In this document: positions 27,908 to 39,028 of the stretch, one piece after another
Layout of the letters: every line of letters begins with the position of its first letter
Numbering within the stretch: the first letter of the stretch is position 1
Source: Bdellovibrionota bacterium
GTDB taxonomy: Bacteria; Bdellovibrionota_C; UBA2361; JBGSMV01
NCBI GenBank assembly: GCA_041739995.1
Contig: JBGSMV010000047.1
Span: 192,001-256,000, forward strand
Direction: 5' to 3'
Length of the DNA stretch: 64,000 bases
Position numbers and translations under genes: made by a program
Notes under the pieces: generated by a model
What the model was told of the DNA's origin: nothing
The model's database searches: none
What the model saw: the letters and a program-made list of their open reading frames with translations, nothing else

Positions 27908-29239
27908 TTATTGTTCGGCGCTTTCGAGTTCTTGGGGCCAAGAACTTTGAAGGCTAAGTAGCTGTCTTCTCAGGATATCAAGGGCGGTGAAGGTAGCGAA
28001 ACGACGGATTCGGGAGCGTGAATTCGGGAAAATGCACTTAAAAGCGGAGCTCTGCGTGCCATTGCTGTACCCGACGAAAAAGGTGCCCACAGGTTTTTCT
28101 GGGGTGCCGCCTTCAGGTCCGGCGATGCCAGTAATTGATAGTGCAAGGTCAGATTGAAATTGTAGGCGCGCGCCATTTGCCATCGCGGCAGCTACCGGAG
28201 CACTCACCGCTCCATACTTGTCGAGGAGCTCATGTTTTACGCCCAGCACCTGCTGCTTGGCGGCATTGCTATAGGTGACCGCCGATCCAAAGAAGGCCCG
28301 AGAACTTCCAGACATTCTGGTCATGAACTCGCCCAACATTCCTCCGGTACAAGATTCGGCGACCGCAAGGCTCTGACATTTAGAGCCAAGTAGCTCATGC
28401 ACTACCATGTCGAGACTAACATCGAGCGACCTTGAAATCAGGAACTCAGGCCCAATTGCTTTGGCTAACTGTTCTGCGAACGCGTGCATCTGAGTAGTGT
28501 TGTATTTTCTTAAGCGGTCCTTAAGAAGTACATGAACTTCGGGAAAGGAAGCACGAAATGAAACAGTGAGCTCGGCGGGAAGGGGCACTTGACCAACCCG
28601 AGCGCCGACTTCTGCCTCAGGGAGACCGAACAGCCGCAACGCGGGTGGAGGCACAACTTCAAGAGGATGAGTTAAATTCAGAATCTTCTCTGAGATTAGC
28701 GGAAGCACCGAATCGTGCAGCATGGCAGCGAGTTCTCCAGGGACGCCAGGCAGCGCAAAAATCCAACAGCTGCTCTTGCCAATGGTTTTCTCGACAAGAA
28801 AACCTGGCGCAGACCCTCTTGGGTTTTTGATGATAAGCGCACCTTCGGGAAACAGCACCTGCTTGTGGTTGGACTGATCGAAGGTGCGCCCACGCTTGGC
28901 ATAGAACTCATGGAGCTGTTCCCTAGCTTCTGATCTTTCAGTCAGCGCTAGCCCGAGCCAGTCGCTCGCCGCTTCTCGGGTAAGATCATCGCTCGTGGGG
29001 CCCATTCCCCCAGAAATAATAATTATCTCTGAGTGGGCACTAAGAAAATCTAGACAGCTCTTGAGTGTCGGCAGGTCATCGGTGCAAGAGAGTGTGTGAG
29101 AGATTGAGAGCCCTGAGCTCGAGATCGTTTCAATTATCAAATGCGAATTAGTATCGAGGACTCGGCCATCGAGAATCTCTGAGCCTGATACGAGTACAGA
29201 GACACTGGGGAGGACGCTGGGGAGATGCTTATTTTTCAC
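27908..29239 (-). CDS. cinA: CinA (MocF + PncC NMN deamidase domains)
   Basis: GSEILDGRVLDTN, GGMGPTSDDLT, LPGVPGE, AVAESCTGG, SITGIAGPEGG. Confidence 0.95.
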   Translation of the reverse strand: MKNKHLPSVLPSVSVLVSGSEILDGRVLDTNSHLIIETISSSGLSISHTLSCTDDLPTLKSCLDFLSAHSEIIIISGGMGPTSDDLTREAASDWLGLALTERSEAREQLHEFYAKRGRTFDQSNHKQVLFPEGALIIKNPRGSAPGFLVEKTIGKSSCWIFALPGVPGELAAMLHDSVLPLISEKILNLTHPLEVVPPPALRLFGLPEAEVGARVGQVPLPAELTVSFRASFPEVHVLLKDRLRKYNTTQMHAFAEQLAKAIGPEFLISRSLDVSLDMVVHELLGSKCQSLAVAESCTGGMLGEFMTRMSGSSRAFFGSAVTYSNAAKQQVLGVKHELLDKYGAVSAPVAAAMANGARLQFQSDLALSITGIAGPEGGTPEKPVGTFFVGYSNGTQSSAFKCIFPNSRSRIRRFATFTALDILRRQLLSLQSSWPQELESAEQ

Positions 29240-29311
29240 ATGGCGACGTTAACCCGCTCTACTTACATTTTCCATGAGGGAGTGGCTTGAAGGTTTTACT
29301 TGCCAGAGACC

Positions 29312-30181
29312 TTAAAGCTGGCGTTCCTCGACAACCACCGCCGTTCCACCGATAACTGGAGCGCCGGTCTTAGAGTCAAGCTTTACTGAAATAAGACTCG
29401 GGGAAGGAGCCTCCATGAGTTGCCCTTGTTCGATAACAAGTGAAGCAGGAAATTGGGTTGCTTCTGACTGGCACAACAGCGCCCCTAGAGCGCCTGCTGC
29501 CATGCCCGTTGCGGATTCCTCAGCGATGCCATACGCCGGAGCGAACATGCGCGCGATGGCAGCGTGCTCAGGGCTGTTGGCCTCCCGCGAGTACACGTAG
29601 TAGCCCACAAGGTCGAGTGCCTTAGATATTTCGAGGATACGTTCCTGGTCAGGTGAAATCGCAGCGAGAGCTGACTTTGTTGAAACTTCCACCATGAGAA
29701 AGCGACCACCAGTGGAAGCAATTACTGGAGCATTCACAAAGATTTCACTTGAGAGTTGCAGGGACTGCGCTACGGCCGTTCTGTTTTCCGGGGCGAGGAC
29801 TTCGGTTATCAACGGGCGCTGCGTCATGTAGGCCACTGAGCTGCGAACTTCGAGTTCGAGTGGTTCGACCATTGTCTCAAACGTGAACTTTTTAGGCGGG
29901 AGCAGTCCGCGCGATGCCATGAGTACACAGGTTGCGATGGTTGCGTGGCCACAAAGCGGAATCTGTCTATTCGGCGTAAAGAACTCAATGCGAAAGGCAT
30001 TTGGCCCCTGGGCACTTGAAACGAAGGCAGTCTCGGAGAGCTCAAGTGAGGCTGCGATTTCTTGTCGTGAAGAAGGCGAAAGGTGGTCTGCGTTAAGCAC
30101 TACCCCGGCAGGATTTCCGCCAGTCGGGGTGTCGGAAAACGCTCTGAGAATGGTTGCTGAGGTGTTGACGGAGTGCGGCAT
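29312..30181 (-). CDS. PhzF-family isomerase
   Basis: AFSDTPTGGNPAGV, LSETAF, FTPNRQIPLCGHATIA, RMFAP..GIAEESATG. Confidence 0.92.
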   Translation of the reverse strand: MPHSVNTSATILRAFSDTPTGGNPAGVVLNADHLSPSSRQEIAASLELSETAFVSSAQGPNAFRIEFFTPNRQIPLCGHATIATCVLMASRGLLPPKKFTFETMVEPLELEVRSSVAYMTQRPLITEVLAPENRTAVAQSLQLSSEIFVNAPVIASTGGRFLMVEVSTKSALAAISPDQERILEISKALDLVGYYVYSREANSPEHAAIARMFAPAYGIAEESATGMAAGALGALLCQSEATQFPASLVIEQGQLMEAPSPSLISVKLDSKTGAPVIGGTAVVVEERQL

Positions 30182-30260
30182 ATGAACTCAGGTAAGAGAT
30201 TAGACAAAGGCCTTCGAAGCTTATCATAGCTAACACACTCAAACGAATGGAGGCGGAGGA

Positions 30261-31709
30261 TTACCCCGTATGAGAGTGGCTCATGGTTGAAGCGACGCGT
30301 TGATGCTCGACACGAACGGCCTCAAGCGCGGCTAGCAGGTACTCGCGTGAGAGCGGGGCGACTTTCTCGTTCATTGCAGGAAGAGAGGTTTTCATAGGGT
30401 CAACATAACGCTCACGGTCGTAGAGGCTGAAATGCAGGTGAGGCCCAGTAGAGAGCCCTGTAGTGCCTACTGAGCCAATGACTTGGCCTCTGGTCACTCG
30501 CATTCCTGGACGAACGTCGCGTGAAATAGTGTGCAGATGAAGATAGGCTGTGGACCATCGATCGCCGTGGGAGATCTTAACCATGTTTCCCGCACCGCCG
30601 TTGTAACTAGCGATTCGAACGATGCCGTCTCCGACTGCGCGAACGGGTGTGCCGATAGGCGCCGCGAAGTCTACGCCGTTATGAGGGCGAGTGCGCTTTA
30701 ATACTGGATGGAAGCGCGCGTATGAAAAGGTTGAGGAAATTCGGCTGAACTTCAAGGGGTAACGCAAAAAGTAGTTGCCAAGCGGATTGCCCTGTTCGTC
30801 GAAATAGTGAATTTCGCCCTTCTCATTGGTATGGCGAACGGCGACTAAAAGTTTTCCGCCTGTATTAAGTGAGGCGGATGTAATTGAGCCCGGTCGAAGT
30901 AGTTCCCCAGTGCGCTGGTTGGTGCGTTCAAGGAAAGTAACCGAGAAAGTGTCACCGGATTGTAGGTCTCTGCGAAACTCAATTCGATTGGAAAACAGAT
31001 CGACGAATTCATCGACGACGATTGCCGACAAACCAACTTCCTTTGCCGCACTAGAAAGTGAAGATGAGATCACACCAGAAAGAGTTTTGGGTTGTTCTTC
31101 GACGAGGACTTCAAGAATATCGACCGTATATCCAGATTCGGCGGCGCCCGTAAGTGTCATGACGCGTCCGTCAGGGAGGGCGCGCCTAAGGAAAACCACT
31201 TCGCTTGTAGCACTGAGCTCAATCTCAAGTGACTCTCCAATGCGAAGGGCGCTTGCACTTCCTAATGATTTTCTCATGGCCTCGTGAGCGCGGAGTGCGG
31301 ATAGATGAGAGCCTCCAAGCTGAGAGAAGAGTTGTGCGAGGGTGTCGCCCGAGCGAACCAGTAACGCTTGTCGAGCAGGGTTCAGAGCTTCCACTGAGCT
31401 TTCAATGGAAGTTTCTAGGCTGGTGCCCTGAGGGCCGCTCGTGATGGCAGAAGTTTCGTCAGGAAGAATCGCGAGTTCGTCTGAGTCATCCAGAGAAAGA
31501 TCTGCCCCCTGAGAGACCGACACGTCCCCTGAGCGCCCAAGGAAGAATGGAGTTGCAATGGAGGACTTAGCGACTATCAAGCTCTTGGTTGATAGAGAGA
31601 GTGTGGCCGCCACCACAATGACTTGAAAGACCAGCAGTGCCCCAAAGAGCAGTGTAAGGCGTTTCGCCGATAGAACAGAATTCATAAGTCGCAAAGGTAA
31701 CTTAGACAT
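30261..31709 (-). CDS. M23 murein DD-endopeptidase (MepM-like)
   Basis: N-terminal TM; RFHPVL..RPHNGVDFAAPIGTPV, YLHL, TGLSTGPHLHF. Confidence 0.93.
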   Translation of the reverse strand: MSKLPLRLMNSVLSAKRLTLLFGALLVFQVIVVAATLSLSTKSLIVAKSSIATPFFLGRSGDVSVSQGADLSLDDSDELAILPDETSAITSGPQGTSLETSIESSVEALNPARQALLVRSGDTLAQLFSQLGGSHLSALRAHEAMRKSLGSASALRIGESLEIELSATSEVVFLRRALPDGRVMTLTGAAESGYTVDILEVLVEEQPKTLSGVISSSLSSAAKEVGLSAIVVDEFVDLFSNRIEFRRDLQSGDTFSVTFLERTNQRTGELLRPGSITSASLNTGGKLLVAVRHTNEKGEIHYFDEQGNPLGNYFLRYPLKFSRISSTFSYARFHPVLKRTRPHNGVDFAAPIGTPVRAVGDGIVRIASYNGGAGNMVKISHGDRWSTAYLHLHTISRDVRPGMRVTRGQVIGSVGTTGLSTGPHLHFSLYDRERYVDPMKTSLPAMNEKVAPLSREYLLAALEAVRVEHQRVASTMSHSHTG

Positions 31710-32030
31710 AGAGTAGTGAACAATACAGTAATGTTAGTAGGTTACCTTTTAACTTCAATATGCTCGCATCTTAGAAACGCTAAAATCACATGGCGGCGAA
31801 AGGGCGAAGGCTCCTTTACGCTGGTCTATAGGCAGAGTGCAACTAGACTGGAGCTGGATTTAGCAAGAGTTGCGCCATCTAGCTCGAGACAGCCAGTAGC
31901 TCTGGTTGCCTGCCATATAGGGACTTGTCGGTCTATGTACTGTTATAGTTCTGAAATATTTGCGAACTTTGACTGAGGAAAGCCGTAAGGCCGTTTAGAC
32001 AACGCAGATAATAAAACATTGTTTATTTAT

Positions 32031-32471
32031 ATGTATTTGGGTTTGGACATAGGGGGTGTTCGAGTAGGAGTGGCATCGCTCAACGGTCTTGAGGGTGTAC
32101 CTGCGCCACTTGGGACGTTTCTCCGTTCCAATGGACAGGCGGAGGCTGAGATTCTGCGGCTTATCGTAGATAGAGAGGTGAAAACTCTGGTGGTGGGCTG
32201 GCCTCTTAATGATGCTTCGGAAAAAACCCCGCAGTGTGATTCTGTAGAGCGATTTTGTAAGCGAATTTCCCGCCGTGCCCCTGGTGTAGAGATTACATAT
32301 GTTGATGAGTATGCCAGTACGGTGGAGGCTGAGGAGCGCTTCTTCGAAGCTCGGGCGGGACAGTCACGTAAACGACGTGATCGAGCGCGCGAACGAGGGG
32401 TGCTAGATGCCCTCGCCGCGGTTACAATTCTCGAGATTTTTAAAAATTCCCTACAGGGCGGAAATTCGTGA
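32031..32471 (+). CDS. ruvX: YqgF/RuvX nuclease
   Basis: YLGLDIGGVRVGVA, VVGWPL, VDEYAST, DALAAVTILE; upstream of mltG. Confidence 0.92.
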   Translation: MYLGLDIGGVRVGVASLNGLEGVPAPLGTFLRSNGQAEAEILRLIVDREVKTLVVGWPLNDASEKTPQCDSVERFCKRISRRAPGVEITYVDEYASTVEAEERFFEARAGQSRKRRDRARERGVLDALAAVTILEIFKNSLQGGNS

Positions 32472-33490
32472 GTCCATTTAATCTCTTCATGCGCATTCTT
32501 CTCGTACTCTCAGTGCCTGCATTGATCGCGCTTGGAACGTTCCTTTTCCTTCGACAGGCTTTTCTTTCACCGCGAGACCCAAGCGCAACACAGGTCGAAG
32601 TAATTGAGGTAGCACCCGGAAAGCCCTTTTCTGAAGTGGCGCGAGTGCTCTCCGAAAAGGGAGTGCTTCGGTATGGATGGAGTATCGAACTGCTAGCTCA
32701 GATAATGAAAGCCGATCGAGTCATCAAGGCTGGTGAGTACGAAGTCACCGCGGCGATGTCTCCTCGACAAATTCTTCAGAAAATGATGTCAGGTGAGGTT
32801 GTTCGTAGAGTGGTAACGCTTGTTCCAGGCATGACGATCAAAGAACTTCCGGCAGTAATTGAGAGTCAAGGATTAATGTCAGCTGAGAGCTTCGCTAAAG
32901 CCCTGCACGACACTCAGTTGTTGGTGCAGGCGGGGATTTCAGCGCAGAGTTTTGAAGGATATCTTTGGCCGGAAACCTATCAGTTCTCTCGACCGATCCT
33001 CCCATGGGACATCATTTTTAAAATGATGGAAGAGGGTGAGAAGCATTGGCTTCCAGAGTTCTCGGCGCAAGCAGAGGAGTTGAGATTAACTCGCCATGAA
33101 ATTCTTATTCTGGCGTCGATTATCCAGAAAGAGGCAGGGAATCAGGAGGAAATGCCAGTCATTTCTTCCGTATTTCATAATCGCTTGAAGAAGGGAATGC
33201 GGCTCCAGGCCGATCCGACTATCATTTATGGCTTAGAGAACTTTGATGGAAACATTCGAGATGCAGATAAGGAAAATCCTCACCCCTATAATACGTATGT
33301 ACATCTTGGACTACCGATAGGTCCGATTTGCAATCCCGGCGAGGCTGCGATGCGCGCCGCCCTTTATCCTGCGGAGTCGACTTACTTGTTTTTTGTTGCC
33401 GACGGCACAGGGGGACATGCATTTTCGACTACTTATGGTGAGCACCAGGAAGCGGTGCGCCGGTACCTCAAGATCAGAGCTGAGCAATAG
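32468..33490 (+). CDS. mltG: Endolytic transglycosylase MltG
   Basis: FEGYLWPETY, LASIIQKE, SVFHNRL, LQADPT, PYNTY, GLPIGPICNPG. Confidence 0.96.
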   Translation: MSPFNLFMRILLVLSVPALIALGTFLFLRQAFLSPRDPSATQVEVIEVAPGKPFSEVARVLSEKGVLRYGWSIELLAQIMKADRVIKAGEYEVTAAMSPRQILQKMMSGEVVRRVVTLVPGMTIKELPAVIESQGLMSAESFAKALHDTQLLVQAGISAQSFEGYLWPETYQFSRPILPWDIIFKMMEEGEKHWLPEFSAQAEELRLTRHEILILASIIQKEAGNQEEMPVISSVFHNRLKKGMRLQADPTIIYGLENFDGNIRDADKENPHPYNTYVHLGLPIGPICNPGEAAMRAALYPAESTYLFFVADGTGGHAFSTTYGEHQEAVRRYLKIRAEQ

Positions 33491-33661
33491 AAGTAGACGT
33501 TTGCTCCTGGTTTTATCGCGGCGAGTCGATCGAGGCTGGAACCTTATGGTAAGCGCTCCTGACGACCATTTTGTTCTTCGGTGGCGCACCAGTCCCTCTT
33601 CCGTTTCCCGTATGCGCTTAGCTACCTCTCGCTGTCCTAAAATGTATGTCAGCGCTGAAAT

Positions 33662-36022
33662 ATGCAGACGGATGGGAGCGAGTCTTTAGTGGATAGTCTC
33701 CTCGCAGAAAGTCTTGTCGCCGAGGTGCGACGCAGAATTTTCTTCCTAAAGTGTCTCCGGATACTTAGTGTAGTTGTGCCGGCCATGGCGGTGCTCGCTT
33801 TGGCCCTTTGGTTTCATGCGTCCTTGCATGTCGCAGCACTGAGCGGGATTTTTCTCCTTGTCGCGATCTTAGTCGGATTTATTGTTTTTCGCGTGCGACT
33901 GTTTTCGCCAACTTTAGACCTTGATGCGGCACTCCTGATTGATAACGCGCTCGGTACCAAAGAGCGAGTGGTGACCTTGCTCGGGGTTGCGAACGTGGAG
34001 GCTCGTGCCCAGGCCGAAGAAATTCTGCGTGAGCAGTTACAAGAAACTCTGGTTTCAGCAAAAGCCTCTGACATACAGAAGCTCTCTCTATCTCGCCCTT
34101 TTGCTCTGGCATTTCTTCTCGGAGCTCTTTTATGGGTGCTACTGCTGGGCATGTTGGTTTCGCAGTGGATTGCGGACAGACAAAACATCGAATTGATGTC
34201 TGCGAGTGCTGCGGTGCAGCTCGAAGGTCTTGTCGATGAATTCAGCGATGAACTTCCACCTGAGGTCAGTGAGGCGCTCGAAGCTCTCACTGAATCACTA
34301 CGCGAAAATGGTCTTACATCCCCCGCCACACAAGAAGCTCTAGAAAGCGCCAAGAGCGCTGTTCAGAAAGCAAGTAGTGCAACGTCTGAAGATTCGAGCG
34401 CCGCGCAAGAGACGCAAGGTGACTCAGAAGCGGGAAGTGAGACGCTTAATGCCGAGGGCAGTAGGGAAACTCCTCCCGTCTCCTCAACGAGGACAAATGC
34501 ATCTGGGGAGCAGCAAACAGTCCCCCATAGGCCAACTGCAACTCCAACGACACTACCCACTCCAACCCCGACAGTGCCTGCAAAGCAGAGCGGCGATCGA
34601 TCAAGCTCGAAAAAATCAAGCAAAGAACAATCGAGCCAAGATGTGGATGTGCAGAACGCCACTGCAGCACAGGACCGGAGCCAAGCAAGTGCCGAAAATG
34701 GCTCGTTCTCTTCGGGTGGCGAGAGCACTCAACCGCAGTCTGGAGATAAGGGCGCTTCGCAAAGTCAGCAAAGCGCTGGCCAGCAAGGGCAGGTCCAGCA
34801 GAGTGGGCAAGAAAGCAGCGCAACGTCAGCCGCCGGTGATGGCTCTGAAAAACCGGAAGGCAAAGAAAATGAAGGCACACAGAAGGAGGGCACGCAGAAA
34901 GCCAGCACGAATAATGAAGGTGCAGAGAAGGAGCCTCAACCTGGGGCGCAGAGCTCTGCCAGTGCGGGCGAATCCCAAGATCAGAGGGGAAACGAGAAGG
35001 GCGAGGAGAGTGCCAAAGATGCACTCTCTAAGGTCAGCGAGCAGCTGCAGAAATTAGAGCAAGCAGCGAGTGAAGCGCAGGCGGCGAGTTCGCAGGAACA
35101 GAGTTCTGGTGGTTCAGCATCCACTGAGGAGCAATCGCAGGACAAGGGTAGCGAATCGTCATCTCAGACAGGATCCGAAAAACAGGAATCAAGCTCGGGG
35201 CAGGAAAGCTCTCAAGGATCTGAGTCTTCAGATGGAGAGCAAGCCGGTGAACAGGCTGGTGAGCAATCCGGTGAACAAGCGGGGCAGCAGCCCGGCGCTC
35301 AAGACGGTCAAGGAGAAACGGGCCAGAGTGGAGAGAAGTCGGGCGAAGAGCAGCAGAGCGCCGCGAACAGCCAGGGCAACAGTCAAGCGGGAGGAAGTTC
35401 TGCGGAAGATGCCAAGGCGCAACCGGGCGCCAGTGGATCTCAATCCCAGCAAAACGCCTCTCAGGGGCAAGGTGGCAGTGCAGGATCAACTGGTAAAAAA
35501 GGAGAGGGAGGAGGTTCAGGTGGATCCTCGTTAGCAAACCAAAGCCAGGGTGTACGGTCTGGATCGAGCAAATCTCAAACTAGTTCTGGGCAAAAGCCTG
35601 GGGAGGCCGCAGATAGTGGCAACGAGCCCACCAGCAACATGGATCAACGTAGTGCGAGCTCCGCAACTTCTTCGCGCGAACAGACGCAAAGTGCTGGGCA
35701 GCAGAACTCAGGATCACTTCGAAGTGGCGAGTCTCGTAGTCAGGACATGCCTGACACCAAAGAGCTTCCAGATGGCGATGGCCAAAGTCCAGGCTTTGGG
35801 TTGAAGGGTAAAAAAGGCTTTGAAGACGCAGAAATTTCAGACGGAAACGAACAGCTTGATCCGCGATTTACCGGTCAGGTGACTGGCGAAACCAGTAACG
35901 ATGGGCGATCTAGAGCGCGTACTCAGTTATCTGACGTCAACCTCGCCCGTCCCGATCCCATCGAAGATGAGGCCAAACAGCCGATTCCGCTCGAATATCG
36001 AGATATTCTCGAAGGCCAATAG
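33662..36022 (+). CDS. Membrane-anchored protein with long Q/S/G/E low-complexity region
   Basis: Three N-terminal hydrophobic helices, PTATPT linker, GEQA repeats, C-terminal IPLEYRDI motif. Confidence 0.8.
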   Translation: MQTDGSESLVDSLLAESLVAEVRRRIFFLKCLRILSVVVPAMAVLALALWFHASLHVAALSGIFLLVAILVGFIVFRVRLFSPTLDLDAALLIDNALGTKERVVTLLGVANVEARAQAEEILREQLQETLVSAKASDIQKLSLSRPFALAFLLGALLWVLLLGMLVSQWIADRQNIELMSASAAVQLEGLVDEFSDELPPEVSEALEALTESLRENGLTSPATQEALESAKSAVQKASSATSEDSSAAQETQGDSEAGSETLNAEGSRETPPVSSTRTNASGEQQTVPHRPTATPTTLPTPTPTVPAKQSGDRSSSKKSSKEQSSQDVDVQNATAAQDRSQASAENGSFSSGGESTQPQSGDKGASQSQQSAGQQGQVQQSGQESSATSAAGDGSEKPEGKENEGTQKEGTQKASTNNEGAEKEPQPGAQSSASAGESQDQRGNEKGEESAKDALSKVSEQLQKLEQAASEAQAASSQEQSSGGSASTEEQSQDKGSESSSQTGSEKQESSSGQESSQGSESSDGEQAGEQAGEQSGEQAGQQPGAQDGQGETGQSGEKSGEEQQSAANSQGNSQAGGSSAEDAKAQPGASGSQSQQNASQGQGGSAGSTGKKGEGGGSGGSSLANQSQGVRSGSSKSQTSSGQKPGEAADSGNEPTSNMDQRSASSATSSREQTQSAGQQNSGSLRSGESRSQDMPDTKELPDGDGQSPGFGLKGKKGFEDAEISDGNEQLDPRFTGQVTGETSNDGRSRARTQLSDVNLARPDPIEDEAKQPIPLEYRDILEGQ

Positions 36023-36075
36023 CATTCGTAACTAAATTTGTGGTGACCATCTAGTAAAAACTCTTAAGTTCTAGA

Positions 36076-36091
36076 TGGCACACTCCTTGCA
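36076..36091 (+). promoter_or_regulatory. Sigma-54 (-24/-12) promoter
   Basis: TGGCAC-ACTCC-TTGCA with correct GG/GC spacing, ~140 bp upstream of 36230. Confidence 0.7.
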
Positions 36092-36229
36092 CTTCACTCT
36101 CTCACTAACGTGAAGATACTGCGCGTGGATACGCTCGTGTGGATCTTAACGCTTGGTTTTGTGGTTGGGATCGGTCGCGTGGGTTGTCGAGCGACGGGTC
36201 GCGTATCAGCGGTGGGAGTTTGTAATTAA

Positions 36230-39001
36230 GTGCGGGTTTTTTTTGGGCTGCTCTTGGGCAGCATTATTCTGCTAACTAGTTATTCAGCATCTGCCGCGGA
36301 TGGAAAATGGCCCCCGCGCCGTAGTCTCATGCTTACTCGAAATGTTGCTTGTTTTAGCAACGCCTCTGGCAGCTATGTAAAGGTGCGCACTAAGATTGCA
36401 CCCGGCGAGTTCACTATCGTTAAGCGCAAGGCAACCGGTCTTAAGCGCTTGATCGGCTCCATCAGGCGAAACAAAAGAAAATTGAAAAACAAGGCCTTTG
36501 CCGACAGTCGACCGGTGCTCCGAAAGACGATCAAGCAGCTCAAACGCCAGGCCTCTCAACTTACGGATTGCGCGCAGCGCCTCGGTCAAGCGATTGGATG
36601 CTCGGTTGAGATCAGTGCGCCACAATCTTTGGCGGTGCTTCCAGGGAATATCAATACACAGGCGATCACAATCTCTTCTTCGTGCTCAGGCTCACTTAAC
36701 ATGTCGGTCATTGAACCCTCTGAGAAGGGAGTATTTTCGGCCGCATTGGATTCAATCTCCTATCAAGCGACACTGTCCGACGGACTGGGTCTGGACGGCG
36801 TTGTGGTGCGAGCTTGCTCAATGTCCAGCCTCGGCGTTGTAGAAGGCTGCTCTCAGAACTTTCCAATAGGGATTAATCGATGTTCGCTTAGCGCAGCTCC
36901 AGTAGCGGCTACCGTATTGGAAAACCGATCCAACATGGTGGGCCTGTCTGGTGAGAGTACTTGTGGCTCGGATATTCGCTTTGAAATAGTGAGCGGGGCC
37001 CAGCATGGTGAAGTGATCATCAATGAACAGGGCTTTGCCACATACACCCCAGGGTACTTTGCAGGCGAAGACCAGTTCTTCTTTCGAGCCTGTGATTCGC
37101 AAGGAGCGGGCTGCGGTGAGCCGGTGCGAGCAGTGTTACAGGTCGAAGCTGGAGCCAGCTTTCAAGGAAATGAAAGCTCGCTTAGTTCGTATCGCGAACA
37201 TATCTCGATGGAAGAGCGGCGGCACCTAGTAAGAAAGATTGCCAGTAACCGTTTCGACCTTTTGGATGGCGCAGGAGCGACAATGCCGCTCTCCGAGCTC
37301 CTTACACGGCGATTTCTTGACGAGGATTTTATTGCGCCCGATTTGCAGACAGCGCTAGAAACGATCCGGGACCGGGGTCTTAACTATGGTCGCCCCATTC
37401 ACACTGAAGAATTCATACCAAACTGGAGGGATGATTTTACAGGCCCAAACTCTAACTGCGCAGACTCGGGCGTGCTTGACGATCCAGAATGCTGGCAGCC
37501 GATCATTCCAGTGAGTTTTGATCTCGGAAGCAATGAGAACGTCCACTATGGAATGGAACGACTAATGATGAGTTCCGACAGAAGTTGGCACACCACGAAC
37601 TTTCGATATCATTGGGGCACCAGTCGTATGAGCGCCCAGTACCTCAAGCGTGCCCGCTATCTCTCGCCAGTCCACACCCGGCTGACACACTTTTGGATGG
37701 GCCATTTTGGTACCGCCACAGAAATTCTCAATGGATTCGAAGAGAATCTGGTGGGCTACTACGTGAAAACTCTTGAAAGGGAAGCGCTCGGAAACTTCAG
37801 AGATATGATGCTCGGCGAGCCTGGAGTCGCAAACTCCAATGGATGTGCCCCGCTTACACCATGGCAGAAAGATCATGGCAGCATCATCTGCGACGCTGCG
37901 TCTAACATTTGGCTCAGCAACGACTTGAATCTTGGCAACAATCAGAATTTTGCACGGGAGTTGATGGAGCTATACATGACCAGCCCTCGTGACGAAGTTA
38001 TGAATATCGACAATTACACCGACCCGTTTGATATAGTCTCCGCGGCGCGCTTCGTGTCCGGCTTACGAGTGCAGCAGTCGAAGAGTGTCGGAGGATCTTC
38101 GGTGTTTGCCCCCCGCTTTGACCCAAGTAGACACAGCTATTTTCCTTCCTCGATGTTTCTCAATCTTGAAGAGGTAGATCCGGAGCTGCCCGTCTATGAT
38201 CAAAGTTTCGAGCCGGGAGATCTTGTGAGGCATCTCCTCGACTACCATCCAGGAGTTCCTCGTTTCATCGCTGCGAAACTTTTTGGAACCTTTGTCTATC
38301 CAGATCCCTCAGAGGCCTTAGTTGCGGAGCTGGGAGAGGCGCTCAAGGCGCTAGACTATGATTTGTATAGATTTATGAAATTAATTCTTAACTCCGAGGC
38401 AATGTTTAGTCAGAGAGCAGCGGGTAAGAATTGTCTTTCCAGTCCGCTCGAGACATACAGCCGTATTCTGAATAGCGTAGAAATGCCAATGATTGTCTTC
38501 AGAGATTCACACGGTGCGAGCAATGTGTATGCCAACATTCACACAAGATTACAGAACGCCGGAGAGACCCCGCTTGGGTATTCATCTGTCTTTACTCATG
38601 ATTACTGCGGGAGATCTCCGGGAATCGATGGATCGACCTCGTGGCTACAATCACATCTTATGATCTTTAGGGTGATTAGCTTTACGCGAATGCTAAACGA
38701 ATTTACCTGGGCGATTCGCAATGATTATGATCTAAGTAGTGGCGTTGAAGTGATTCGTCGCCGACTAGGCGTGGATGTGCTTGCGCCTCAGGATATGCTT
38801 CGTTTCTTTGAGGACGCGTTTTCGCTTTCGCTGAGTCAAGAAGAAAGGGATATTTTCATGGAGTATTTGACCCACCGGCAGAACGGCTCGGGGCAGATTA
38901 GCTCAGTAGTATGGAACGATGGGGACGCCGCATTGATGCGAGAGAAAATCGTAGGATTGATGGTAATCCTATCTGGATTTCAAGGAGGAACCACTCACTA
39001 G
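36230..39001 (+). CDS. Secreted DUF1800-family protein with N-terminal Ig-like (Big_9-type) domains
   Basis: Signal peptide; QHGEV..ATYTPGYFAGEDQFFF; LTHFWMGHFGT, ALGNFRDM, NQNFARELMELY, FIAAKL. Confidence 0.85.
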   Translation: MRVFFGLLLGSIILLTSYSASAADGKWPPRRSLMLTRNVACFSNASGSYVKVRTKIAPGEFTIVKRKATGLKRLIGSIRRNKRKLKNKAFADSRPVLRKTIKQLKRQASQLTDCAQRLGQAIGCSVEISAPQSLAVLPGNINTQAITISSSCSGSLNMSVIEPSEKGVFSAALDSISYQATLSDGLGLDGVVVRACSMSSLGVVEGCSQNFPIGINRCSLSAAPVAATVLENRSNMVGLSGESTCGSDIRFEIVSGAQHGEVIINEQGFATYTPGYFAGEDQFFFRACDSQGAGCGEPVRAVLQVEAGASFQGNESSLSSYREHISMEERRHLVRKIASNRFDLLDGAGATMPLSELLTRRFLDEDFIAPDLQTALETIRDRGLNYGRPIHTEEFIPNWRDDFTGPNSNCADSGVLDDPECWQPIIPVSFDLGSNENVHYGMERLMMSSDRSWHTTNFRYHWGTSRMSAQYLKRARYLSPVHTRLTHFWMGHFGTATEILNGFEENLVGYYVKTLEREALGNFRDMMLGEPGVANSNGCAPLTPWQKDHGSIICDAASNIWLSNDLNLGNNQNFARELMELYMTSPRDEVMNIDNYTDPFDIVSAARFVSGLRVQQSKSVGGSSVFAPRFDPSRHSYFPSSMFLNLEEVDPELPVYDQSFEPGDLVRHLLDYHPGVPRFIAAKLFGTFVYPDPSEALVAELGEALKALDYDLYRFMKLILNSEAMFSQRAAGKNCLSSPLETYSRILNSVEMPMIVFRDSHGASNVYANIHTRLQNAGETPLGYSSVFTHDYCGRSPGIDGSTSWLQSHLMIFRVISFTRMLNEFTWAIRNDYDLSSGVEVIRRRLGVDVLAPQDMLRFFEDAFSLSLSQEERDIFMEYLTHRQNGSGQISSVVWNDGDAALMREKIVGLMVILSGFQGGTTH

Positions 39002-39028
39002 TGGCGTCTTGGTAAGGAGGTTTGTGTA

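Noticed and set aside
31973..31998. Hammerhead-like CTGAGGA...GCC-GTAA-GGC
   Set aside because: The required GAAA after stem II reads GTTT, and no flanking stems I/III are evident
34363..35804. Multiple long alternative-frame ORFs, and possible CRISPR or tandem array
   Set aside because: By-products of low-complexity coding sequence; the 12-bp periodicity is degenerate codon repetition (GEQA), with no repeat-spacer structure
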